Positions 30,526 to 38,814 of a stretch of DNA of 39,917 bases are shown piece after piece. The DNA is from a virus: the IMG/VR virus record IMGVR_UViG_3300039071_000050, positions 1 through 39,917 of that record, one strand, 5' to 3'. A program made the translations under genes and the position numbers. Under the pieces are notes generated by a model, which was not told where the DNA came from, searched no databases, and saw only the letters and a list, made by a program, of their open reading frames with translations. The stretch's first letter is position 1. Every line of letters begins with the position of its first letter.

Positions 30526-31652
30526 CCCGCAAGCACAGCGACGAAGCGATGCAGGAGGCGCTGACCGGCCGAACGCTGGAAGAGGCCGCTGTCATTCTGG
30601 ACATTCACCCGCGCAACCTGGCCAGACACAAGGCCCGCATGGCGCGGCAGGGGTGGAGCCCAGAGCACGATCTGCACCACCAGGTGCCGGAAGGCTACCA
30701 CCTCAAAGGCGCCTCCACGCTGTACAAGGAAGGCAAACCGGTGCTGCAGTGGGTGAAGTCGAGCATCGACCATGAGCGGCAGGCGCAGTTGATCCGCGAA
30801 GCCTGCGAAGCGATGGCCGAAGATCTGCCGCGCGCTGGAGCTACTACAGGGCCTCAAAAGGCCCTCTCGCACTTGTTGGCCGTTTACCCGATTGGGGATG
30901 CTCACGTGGGCATGCGCGCATGGGGCGAGGAGGCCGGGCAGGATTGGGACCTAGCCATCGCTGAGCGCGTGCAGTGCGGCGCAATGGCGGCGCTGGTGGA
31001 GATGGCGCCGGCAGCAGAGAAGGCCGTGATCATCAACCTCGGGGACTGGTTTCATGCTGACAACATCCAGGGCATGACCAGCCGTAGCGGTCATATCCTC
31101 GACCTGGACGGGCGCTACGCCAAGATGATCCGGGTGGGCGTCAAGGTCATGCGCCAGTGCATCACGTCTGCCCTGCAGAAGCACCAGAGCGTGCGCGTGA
31201 TCAACGTCATCGGCAACCACGACGACACCGGGGCCATCTGGCTCAGTATCGCGCTGCGGCACATCTACGAGCAGGAGCCGCGCGTTGAGATCGAAACCTC
31301 GCCCAGCGCCTTCATGTACGTCGAGTTCGGAAAGGTGCTGATCGGGTGCCACCACGGCCACACCTGCAAGGGCGACAAGCTGCCGGGCGTGATGGCTGCC
31401 GACATGCCTGAAGCCTGGGGCCGCACCAAGCACCGGTACTGGTACCTCGGCCACGTCCACCACCAGAGCGTAAAGGAGTACGCCGGCGTCACCGTCGAGT
31501 CGTTCAACACCCTGGCCGCCAAGGACGCCTACGCCGCCTGGAACGGCTACCGAGCCGCGCAGAACATGAAGTGCATCGTCCACCACATCGAGCATGGTGA
31601 AGTGGCGCGGCACACCGTGAACCCGGACATGCTTCAAGGGGAGGCAGCATGA
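30519..31652 (+). CDS. Calcineurin-like metallophosphoesterase with N-terminal HTH-like segment
   Basis: 377 aa. GDAHVG, GDWFH, GNHD, HGH and GHVH motifs in canonical order. N-terminal LEEAAVILDIHPRNLARH. Confidence 0.7.
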   Translation: MVARKHSDEAMQEALTGRTLEEAAVILDIHPRNLARHKARMARQGWSPEHDLHHQVPEGYHLKGASTLYKEGKPVLQWVKSSIDHERQAQLIREACEAMAEDLPRAGATTGPQKALSHLLAVYPIGDAHVGMRAWGEEAGQDWDLAIAERVQCGAMAALVEMAPAAEKAVIINLGDWFHADNIQGMTSRSGHILDLDGRYAKMIRVGVKVMRQCITSALQKHQSVRVINVIGNHDDTGAIWLSIALRHIYEQEPRVEIETSPSAFMYVEFGKVLIGCHHGHTCKGDKLPGVMAADMPEAWGRTKHRYWYLGHVHHQSVKEYAGVTVESFNTLAAKDAYAAWNGYRAAQNMKCIVHHIEHGEVARHTVNPDMLQGEAA

Positions 31653-32023
31653 AACATCTCGCCGTGGATCTTCTGACGCAGTGGGGCCGCTGGGTATGGC
31701 AGAGCACGGGCGTGCCCGGGTACGTCTCCCCGTGCTACGCCCTGATGCGGGACAACGTGGCGCAACACTACGCGCCGGCTGCAGCGATTACGGACGAGGA
31801 CGCAATGCTGGTGGACTCGATCCTGGCGCGCATGGGGAGGCGTGACCCGGAGATGGCCAAGGCTGTGATGCTGTACTACGCCACCGGGCGCACCATGCAC
31901 GGCGTCGGCAAGGTGATGAACCTGCACCGGCTCAAGGTGCGCGAGCTGCTGTATGCCGGGGAATGCTACGTCCAGGCGGTGCTCGACATGAAGGCTGATC
32001 GAATCGAACAAATGGCGGCCTGA
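31649..32023 (+). CDS. Q: Late-gene antiterminator Q
   Basis: 124 aa. LTQWGRWVW...ITDEDAMLVDSILARM...MLYYATGRT fits the phage antitermination Q family. Followed by a promoter plus terminator. Confidence 0.7.
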   Translation: MKHLAVDLLTQWGRWVWQSTGVPGYVSPCYALMRDNVAQHYAPAAAITDEDAMLVDSILARMGRRDPEMAKAVMLYYATGRTMHGVGKVMNLHRLKVRELLYAGECYVQAVLDMKADRIEQMAA

Positions 32024-32038
32024 ATGCTGCAAACACAC

Positions 32039-32068
32039 TTGACGTGTGTTAACTTTTTTCGGTACAGT
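32039..32068 (+). promoter_or_regulatory. Candidate late promoter PR'
   Basis: TTGACG-N18-TACAGT. The -35 lies in the loop of the inverted repeat AACACAC/GTGTGTT (32032-32050). Confidence 0.45.
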
Positions 32069-32100
32069 TCTGGCAATGATGCGGTTTTACCGCTCGACGA

Positions 32101-32133
32101 AGCCCTGGCCCTAGCGCCGGGGCTTTTTCGTTT
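32101..32133 (+). terminator. tR'-like rho-independent terminator (target of Q antitermination)
   Basis: AGCCCTGGC-CCTAGC-GCCGGGGCT (9 bp including one G.U pair) followed by TTTTCGTTT. Lies 30 nt upstream of the first late gene. Confidence 0.65.
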
Positions 32134-32163
32134 CCACTTCAGCCGCGCCCTGGAGGGCTTTCT

Positions 32164-33537
32164 ATGGCTTTCCGAGGCAGCGTGACCTACGACACTCGTA
32201 GGCCAAGCAATCGCGTGGGCGTCATTGGCACGTCCCTGGTGCAGCAGAACGATGTTGCGACCAGCACCAAGATCAGCCACTGGAACCGGGGCTGGCTGTC
32301 CTGGGCGCGCTACTTCTCGCGCGGGCGCTTCACCTGTGAGATCTGGCACGATCCGGCCGTTTATGCAGGGTGGGAGCCTTCCCAGGTCGTCGGAGCGACT
32401 CGCAGCTTCCGGGGCCTGAATGCCGGCGTCTCTGGCCAGACCGCCGCGCTGATCGAAGCGCGGGAATCGTACTTGGCCGAGTCGGTGAAGTGCGATGTCA
32501 TCATTCTCGATTCCGGCACCAACGATATGGCGCCGGTGGCCAAGGAAGTGATCCAGTCGGCGCGCGAGAGCCTGGCCAGCTTCTATCTGTCCTACGGCAT
32601 CGTCGTGATCATGCTGCCGATTCTCAGCCGCGGCGTGTCCTCCTGGGCATCCGGCAGCGCAGAGCGCAAGAAAGCGGCCTGGATCAACCAGAAGACCCGC
32701 GAGTTCTGCGACGTTACCGAGAACTGCTACCTGTTCGACTGGAACCAGGCATGGATTGACCCGGCCAGCGCTGACGGCGAGCCCCGCAGCGGCTACTCGA
32801 ACGACGGCATCCACTTCTCCCCGCCTGGTGGCGTTGCAGTGGGCGAGGCCCTGGCTACATACCTGCAGCGCTTCCTGCCTGATCCCGCCCCGCGCGTCTG
32901 GTCGCCTGACGACAAGTTCGACGCCACGCATAACCCGCTGGGCAACCTGCTTACCAACCCGTTCTGCACCGGCACTGGCGGCACTGCCGTGGCCTCTGGT
33001 GCGACTGGCACCGTGGCAACCGGTATGCGCGTTGAGGTGTCGAGCGGCGCTGCTACTGTGGCCTGCACAAAAGAGACCCGCGCCGATGGCCGTGGCGACT
33101 ATCAGGTGCTGACCTGCACGCCTGGCGCGACTGACAGCCTGATCTACTTCCGCACGAACAGCGCCGACACCGCGCATACGTACCCGGCCGGCAGCTGGGT
33201 GCAGGCATCTGTAGAAACCGACATCGGCAGCTTCAACGGATGGCAGGGCGTCAGCCTGTACCTGAAGGACAACGGCGTTGGCGGCCTGATCGCCTACGAC
33301 CATGAGCCGTTCGACGATGGCGCCGGCAACATCAAGCTGCCGACCCGCGCCATGAGCAACGGGATGCTGATCACGCCGCCGATCCAGTTGGTAAGCGGTA
33401 GCGCCACCCTGCGTTGGCGCCTGGAGGTCCGCGTCGGTTCGACTGGCGGCGGCGCCTCCGGTACCGGCGTTGTGAAATTCGGCGCAGTTGAGCTGCGCCA
33501 AGTAGCTGACCCGAGGTCCGTGGCGCGCTTGCTCTAG
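32164..33537 (+). CDS. SGNH/GDSL-family esterase with C-terminal carbohydrate-binding-like beta domain
   Basis: 457 aa. Block I VIGTSL, block II NAGVSGQT, block III DSGTNDM, block V NDGIHFS. The C-terminal roughly 200 aa is Gly/Thr/Ser-rich and jelly-roll-like. No signal peptide and no N-terminal virion-anchor domain. Confidence 0.7.
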   Translation: MAFRGSVTYDTRRPSNRVGVIGTSLVQQNDVATSTKISHWNRGWLSWARYFSRGRFTCEIWHDPAVYAGWEPSQVVGATRSFRGLNAGVSGQTAALIEARESYLAESVKCDVIILDSGTNDMAPVAKEVIQSARESLASFYLSYGIVVIMLPILSRGVSSWASGSAERKKAAWINQKTREFCDVTENCYLFDWNQAWIDPASADGEPRSGYSNDGIHFSPPGGVAVGEALATYLQRFLPDPAPRVWSPDDKFDATHNPLGNLLTNPFCTGTGGTAVASGATGTVATGMRVEVSSGAATVACTKETRADGRGDYQVLTCTPGATDSLIYFRTNSADTAHTYPAGSWVQASVETDIGSFNGWQGVSLYLKDNGVGGLIAYDHEPFDDGAGNIKLPTRAMSNGMLITPPIQLVSGSATLRWRLEVRVGSTGGGASGTGVVKFGAVELRQVADPRSVARLL

Positions 33538-33552
33538 CCGCCACCTTTCCCC

Positions 33553-33954
33553 ATGAGGATTCAAGACATGACCGAGCCGGCCTCAACGGCGGTTGGAGGC
33601 CTGGCCCTGTACAAGCTTGGGGCGTTCGGCTTAGCCGCAGCCCTGGCAGCTGTGGTCGTAATGGCGCTGACCATTCCCAAGACAGTGCGCGAGTTCGTCT
33701 GCGCGCTGATCTGCACGCTGGCCTGCTCCATTGGCGGCGGCGCACTGATCATCAAGACCTATGACCTTGTGAGCTGGGCCAATGACTTGTTCGGCCTGTG
33801 TTCTCTGCTCGGCCTGGTGTTCGCCTGTGGCCTGCCGGGCTGGGTGCTGATTCGCGGCTTCTTCGCTTATGCCGAGTACCGGAAGGGCGGGAAGAACTTC
33901 ATCAAGATGATTGCGGAGCTGACTGCAGCGCTTAAGGCTGCGGTACTGAGGTAA
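33553..33954 (+). CDS. Holin (three predicted TM segments)
   Basis: 133 aa. Possible dual start, Met1 (33553) and Met6 (33568, GAGGA 8 nt upstream). Hydrophobic segments at ~12-37, ~48-67 and ~79-100. Directly upstream of the endolysin. Confidence 0.65.
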   Translation: MRIQDMTEPASTAVGGLALYKLGAFGLAAALAAVVVMALTIPKTVREFVCALICTLACSIGGGALIIKTYDLVSWANDLFGLCSLLGLVFACGLPGWVLIRGFFAYAEYRKGGKNFIKMIAELTAALKAAVLR

Positions 33955-33956
33955 GC

Positions 33957-34370
33957 ATGGCCACCGACCACGAACTCGACATCGTCGCCAAGACTCTCTA
34001 CGGCGAGGCAAGAGGCGAGGGAAGGGAAGGCCTGCTCGCCGTTGCTTGGGTGATCAAGAACCGCGCAGACAATCCCGGCTGGTGGGGCAAGTCCATTGAG
34101 CTGGTCTGCCTGAAGCCGTTCCAGTTCAGTTGCTGGAATGCTGACGACCCGAACGCTCCTTACCTGCGTGGTCGCAAGATGATCCCGCCGCGTGAGTACA
34201 TGCGCTGCCGTGAGGCTGCCGTCGCTGTGCTGGAAGGCCATGAGCCTGACCTGACGCTAGGCGCCACGCACTACTACTCGACCAGCATGAAGAAGCCGCC
34301 GCAGTGGGCCAAGAGTGGAACCAAGACCACTCAGATTGGCCGGCACATCTTCTTCAAGGATGTGGGCTGA
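33957..34370 (+). CDS. Endolysin, SleB-type cell wall hydrolase (Hydrolase_2)
   Basis: 137 aa. VAKTLYGEARGEGREGLLAVAWVIKNR...QFSCWN is the SleB-family signature. Confidence 0.8.
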   Translation: MATDHELDIVAKTLYGEARGEGREGLLAVAWVIKNRADNPGWWGKSIELVCLKPFQFSCWNADDPNAPYLRGRKMIPPREYMRCREAAVAVLEGHEPDLTLGATHYYSTSMKKPPQWAKSGTKTTQIGRHIFFKDVG

Positions 34371-34540
34371 TGGCTGAGATCGTGCTGTGTGTGATTGCTG
34401 GCCTGGCCCTGTTCCAGTTCTGGCAGGCCCGCCAGTTCTTCCTGGAGGACATGCTGCTCGACTGCGCCCTGCGCTTCATCGTCGGCGTGTGCTTTGTGGT
34501 GCTGGCCCTGGTCTTCGGCCTTGGCGTGCTGCTCGCCTGA
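34370..34540 (+). CDS. Small two-TM membrane protein in the lysis cassette (56 aa)
   Basis: TGATG junction with the endolysin. Sequence MAEIVLCVIAGLALFQFW...FIVGVCFVVLALVFGLGVLLA. Confidence 0.5.
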   Translation: MAEIVLCVIAGLALFQFWQARQFFLEDMLLDCALRFIVGVCFVVLALVFGLGVLLA

Positions 34541-34541
34541 T

Positions 34542-35003
34542 ATGGCCCTGCTCCGACTGATCCCTATCTGGGGGTGGGCCTTGCTGGCCTGCGCCGGGGT
34601 AATCGCATTCCAGGCATGGCGCCTCAATGCCAAGACCGCTGAGCTGTCTGTTGTCCAAGGACAGTGGACACAAGCCAAGGCCAAGGCCGAAAGCCTGCGC
34701 GCCACCCTCAAGATTCAACGCCAGATCGACCAAGACACCGCCGAGGCAATGACCCATGCGCGCCAAGCCAATGACCAGCTTCGTGCTGACCTCGCTGCTG
34801 GCCGTAAGCGGGTGTCAGTCAATGCCACCTGCGTGCGAGATACCGGAACCCCCGGCTCAGCTGATGCAGGAACCCCAAGACTTACGCCCGATGCTGAACA
34901 GGCTCGCGCCGATCTTGAGCTGGCAGCCGAGCAATATCTGGTCCAGGTCCGTGGACTGCAGCAATACATCCGTCAGGTGTGCTTAGGCGCACAACCTCAA
35001 TAA
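34542..35003 (+). CDS. Rz: i-spanin (Rz-like)
   Basis: 153 aa from the ATG at 34542. N-terminal TM segment, then a coiled-coil periplasmic domain. Contains an embedded +1-frame lipoprotein ORF. Confidence 0.7.
   Translation: MALLRLIPIWGWALLACAGVIAFQAWRLNAKTAELSVVQGQWTQAKAKAESLRATLKIQRQIDQDTAEAMTHARQANDQLRADLAAGRKRVSVNATCVRDTGTPGSADAGTPRLTPDAEQARADLELAAEQYLVQVRGLQQYIRQVCLGAQPQ
34756..34986 (+). CDS. Rz1: o-spanin (Rz1-like lipoprotein) embedded in Rz
   Basis: Lipobox LLAVSGC. The mature part is Pro-rich (PPACEIPEPPAQLMQEPQDLRP). Entirely within Rz in another frame. Confidence 0.65.
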   Translation: MRAKPMTSFVLTSLLAVSGCQSMPPACEIPEPPAQLMQEPQDLRPMLNRLAPILSWQPSNIWSRSVDCSNTSVRCA

Positions 35004-35022
35004 AAAATCAAGGAATATTGTT

Positions 35023-35322
35023 ATGGCTGAAGGCGGGAAGCGCGAAGGTGCTGGCCGTCCGAAGGGCAGCCGCAACAAGGTGACAGCTGACATCAAGGCC
35101 ATTGCCCAGAGCTTCGGCGAGGAGGCGATCAAGGGCCTGATAGAGATCAGCCGCGACACAGAGGCGCCACACGCTGCACGCGTGGCTGCCTTCCGCGAAG
35201 TGCTCGACCGAGGCTACGGCAAGGCCAAGCAAGGGATCGAGATGACCGGCGAAGAGGGCGGCCCGATTGAGACTGTCACCCGGGTTGAACTGGTGCCGCT
35301 GAGTGTCGACAGCACAAATTAA
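35023..35322 (+). CDS. Putative terminase small subunit (99 aa)
   Basis: Position immediately upstream of, and overlapping, terL. Basic N-terminus GKREGAGRPKGSRNK. Assignment is by position only. Confidence 0.4.
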   Translation: MAEGGKREGAGRPKGSRNKVTADIKAIAQSFGEEAIKGLIEISRDTEAPHAARVAAFREVLDRGYGKAKQGIEMTGEEGGPIETVTRVELVPLSVDSTN

Positions 35323-36616
35323 GCTGCCGCCGAAGCTGATACCGGTCTTCAGCGGGCCGGCAGATGTCAGGGGCGCTTACGGTGGGCGCGGGTCGGGTAA
35401 GACTCGCAGCTTTGCCAAGATGGCTGCTGTGCGCGGTTATGCGCATGGTATGGCCGGCGAGACGGGAATCATCCTGTGCGCCCGCCAGTTCATGAACTCG
35501 CTGGAAGACTCCTCGCTTGAGGAGATGAAGCGGGCGATTGAGGAAGAGCCGTTCCTCGCTGCGTACTACGACGTTGGCGAGAAGTACATCAAGAGCCGCG
35601 ACGGGCGCATTCAGTTCACGTTCGCCGGCCTGGATCGCAACATCGCCTCGATCAAGTCCAAAGGCCGGCTGCTGCTGTGCTGGGTGGACGAGGCCGAGCC
35701 GGTCACTGATGAAGCCTGGCTGACGCTGATCCCGACTCTGCGCGAGGAGGGCAGCGACTGGAACGCCGAGCTGTGGGTGACCTGGAACCCGAAGCGGAAG
35801 AATGCATCGGTCGAAAGCCGCTTCAGGCTCGCCAATGACCCGCTGATCAAGGTCGTCGAGCTGAATTGGCGCGACAACCCGAAGTTCCCGGCCAAGCTGG
35901 AGCGCGAACGCCAGCGCGACATGCAAGAGCGCCCGGATCAGTACGGCCACGTCTGGGAAGGGGACTACGCCACCACGATCAGCGGGGCTTACTTCGCCCA
36001 GGCGCTGACCCAGGCCAAGGCTGAAAACAGGATAGGCCGCGTCGCCGCTGATCCGCTGATGACCATCCGCCTTTTCGCGGACATCGGCGGCACCGGCGCC
36101 AAGGCTGACAACTTCGTGTTCTGGGCTGCTCAGTTCATCGGGCGCGAGATTCGCGTCATTGACCACTACGAGCAGCAGGGCCAGCCGCTGGCCTCGCACC
36201 TGAACTGGCTGCGCTCCAAGGGCTACACGCCCGAGCGCGCCCAGATCTGGCTGCCGCACGACGGCGACACGCAGGACAAGGTGCACGACGTTTCGTACCG
36301 CTCGGCCTTCGAGGCTGCGGGCTACGTCGTGACCGTCATTCCGAACCAGGGCAAAGGCGCCGCGATGCTTCGAGTCGAGGCAGGGCGCCGGCTGTTCCCG
36401 GCAATGTGGTTCGACGAAGCGCCAACTCAGGCAGGCCGCGAGGCGCTGGGCTGGTACCACGAAAAACGAGACGAGGTTCGGGGCATTGGCCTCGGGCCTG
36501 AGCACGACTGGGCGAGCCACAGCGCCGACGCCTTCGGCCTGATGTGCATTGCCTACGAGCAACCGAGCGCCAGAGCGCCGGCCCCTATCAAATACCGCAA
36601 CCGAGTGATCGCATGA
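35303..36616 (+). CDS. terL: Terminase large subunit
   Basis: 437 aa, GTG start. Walker A GGRGSGKT, Walker B-like LLLCWVDEA. C-terminal nuclease-like region with the IWLPHDG pattern. Confidence 0.85.
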   Translation: MSTAQIKLPPKLIPVFSGPADVRGAYGGRGSGKTRSFAKMAAVRGYAHGMAGETGIILCARQFMNSLEDSSLEEMKRAIEEEPFLAAYYDVGEKYIKSRDGRIQFTFAGLDRNIASIKSKGRLLLCWVDEAEPVTDEAWLTLIPTLREEGSDWNAELWVTWNPKRKNASVESRFRLANDPLIKVVELNWRDNPKFPAKLERERQRDMQERPDQYGHVWEGDYATTISGAYFAQALTQAKAENRIGRVAADPLMTIRLFADIGGTGAKADNFVFWAAQFIGREIRVIDHYEQQGQPLASHLNWLRSKGYTPERAQIWLPHDGDTQDKVHDVSYRSAFEAAGYVVTVIPNQGKGAAMLRVEAGRRLFPAMWFDEAPTQAGREALGWYHEKRDEVRGIGLGPEHDWASHSADAFGLMCIAYEQPSARAPAPIKYRNRVIA

Positions 36617-38814
36617 GCAAGATGACAGACGCTGAGCTGGTCGCCTACCTGAACGACGAGGCGCGCCAGGCGCACCTGTTCAACGACGGCGAGCTGCAGG
36701 AAGAGCGCGTCAAGGCGATGCGTGCCTACATGCGCGAGCCGTACGGGAACGAGGAAGAGGGCCGCTCGGGCGTCGTGACTTCTGACGTATTTGACGGCGT
36801 GGAAGGGATGCTGCCGGACCTGATCGAGGTGTTCACCAGCTCCGAGAAGGCTGTCGTGTTCGAACCGGTCGGCCCGGAGGACGAAGAGTCAGCCGAGCAG
36901 GTGACGAACGCCTGCAACTACGTGTTCTACAAGCAGAACAACGGGTTCCTGATCCTCTACACCGCCCTGAAAGAAGGCCTGCTGCAAAAGGTAGGCTCGG
37001 TGAAGTGGTTCTATGACAAGAAGCGCATACCGACCTTCACCCGGTACAACAACTGGGACGAACTCCAGATTGCGCTGTTCCTGGACCAGAACCCGGACGC
37101 CGAGATCGTCGAGCAGGAAGAGGTGCAGCCAGGCCCGGAAGAGCTGGCTCAGTTCGAGCTTGCCGGCCTGCCGTTCTCGCGCCGCTTCAACGTCAAGGTC
37201 AAGACCATCCAAGAGAAGGGCTACTGCTGCGTCGTGGCCATTCCCCCGGAAGAGCTGCAGGTATCGCGCCGGCACGACTCTCCGCTGCTGCAAGACTGCC
37301 CGTACGTCTGCCATGTGACCCGCCGCAGCGTGTCCGAACTGCGCCAGATGGGCTACGACGTGGAAGCCTCCGAGGTGCGCGCCGCTGTCTACGAGAACGT
37401 CACTGACTACCGCGAGAACAACGGTGGCCGCTTCGACGATTGGGAAGATGAAGACCCGGCCGACGAGACGATGGTGCGCGGCTACCTGCGCGACGAGTAC
37501 ATCCTGATCGACTACGACGGCGACGGCATCGCTGAGCGCCGGAACATCGTGCGTTTGGGCGATCGTGTGCTGGAGAACCGCGAGGTCAGCCACGTCCCGA
37601 TTGCAGCTTGGACGCCGTACATCCTCCCGCACGCTTTCAGCGGCCTTTCCGTGGCCGATCTGACCGAGGACTTCCAGCGCATCCATACCACGATCATGCG
37701 CAACCAGTTGGACAACCTGAACCTGGCGAACAACCAGGAAACGGTGGTCACGACTGACTCGCAGGGCAACCCGCAGGCCGACATCGACAGCCTGCTAAAC
37801 CGTCGCCCGGGCGGGATCATCCTTGAGAAGCAGGCCGGCGCCGTGCGCCCCTACTCCGAGCGCTGGCAGGGCATCGAAGCCATGCCGATGCTCGAGCAAC
37901 TGCAGATGGAGAAGGAGAACCGCACCGGCTGGACGCGCTACTCGCAGGGCCTGGACGGCGACAGCCTGAACAAGACCGCGACCGGCGCGCAGATGATCAT
38001 GAACGCCAGCCAGAAGCGCATGAAGCTGATGGCGCGGATTGCCGCCGAGTGCCTGGTGGCGCCGATGTTCCAGGGCATCTTCAAGACCCTGACCGACAAC
38101 GGCATGGAGAAGCTGAGCTACCGGCTCAACGGCAAGTTCGTGGAGTACGACCCGCAGGAGTGGCGCGACCAGTACGACATGTCGATCAACGTCGGAATCG
38201 GTACCGGCGACGTGCAGCAGCAGAACATGTTCCTGCGCGAGATTGAGCAGACTCAGGCGATGGTGGCGCAGTCCCCGTTTGCTAAGCAGCTGCTGAGCCC
38301 GCAGAAGTTCTACAACGTGCAGGCGCGTAAGGCCCAAAACGCCGGTTTCAAGAACACCCAGGAGTTCTGGGTAGACCCGTCCACCGTGCCGCCAGACAAC
38401 GCCCCGCCGCCGCCTGACCCGAAGGTCGAGCTGGAGAAGGCCAAGCTGCAGGACAGCCGGCTGAAGGCGCAGGCCGAGATGCAGCTGGAACTGGATAAGC
38501 AGGCGCGCGAGCTGCAGTTCAAGGCCGAGCAGGCCGATCTGGACCGCCAGTTCCAGCTCAAAATGGAGCAGGTCCGCCAGCAGAACGCCGACCGCAGCCG
38601 CGCCCTGGACAGTATGGCCGGCTCAGGCTCGCAGATCGTGCTCGACGACGAGGAAGGCATTGCCGTGCAGCCCAGCCGCGAAGAAATGATGCTCATGCAG
38701 ATGCAGCAGACGATGGACATGCTGGCCCGCGCGATCACTGCGCCCAAGCGTGTGGTGCGCGACGAGAACGGCCAGGCCGTTGGCGTTGTGCCTGAGTTCG
38801 GGGGTGCTGAGTAA
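36613..38814 (+). CDS. Portal protein with long C-terminal coiled-coil extension
   Basis: 733 aa from the ATG at 36613 (ATGA overlap with terL). Size and position fit. The C-terminal roughly 130 aa is Gln/Glu/Lys-rich and helical. Confidence 0.75.
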   Translation: MSKMTDAELVAYLNDEARQAHLFNDGELQEERVKAMRAYMREPYGNEEEGRSGVVTSDVFDGVEGMLPDLIEVFTSSEKAVVFEPVGPEDEESAEQVTNACNYVFYKQNNGFLILYTALKEGLLQKVGSVKWFYDKKRIPTFTRYNNWDELQIALFLDQNPDAEIVEQEEVQPGPEELAQFELAGLPFSRRFNVKVKTIQEKGYCCVVAIPPEELQVSRRHDSPLLQDCPYVCHVTRRSVSELRQMGYDVEASEVRAAVYENVTDYRENNGGRFDDWEDEDPADETMVRGYLRDEYILIDYDGDGIAERRNIVRLGDRVLENREVSHVPIAAWTPYILPHAFSGLSVADLTEDFQRIHTTIMRNQLDNLNLANNQETVVTTDSQGNPQADIDSLLNRRPGGIILEKQAGAVRPYSERWQGIEAMPMLEQLQMEKENRTGWTRYSQGLDGDSLNKTATGAQMIMNASQKRMKLMARIAAECLVAPMFQGIFKTLTDNGMEKLSYRLNGKFVEYDPQEWRDQYDMSINVGIGTGDVQQQNMFLREIEQTQAMVAQSPFAKQLLSPQKFYNVQARKAQNAGFKNTQEFWVDPSTVPPDNAPPPPDPKVELEKAKLQDSRLKAQAEMQLELDKQARELQFKAEQADLDRQFQLKMEQVRQQNADRSRALDSMAGSGSQIVLDDEEGIAVQPSREEMMLMQMQQTMDMLARAITAPKRVVRDENGQAVGVVPEFGGAE

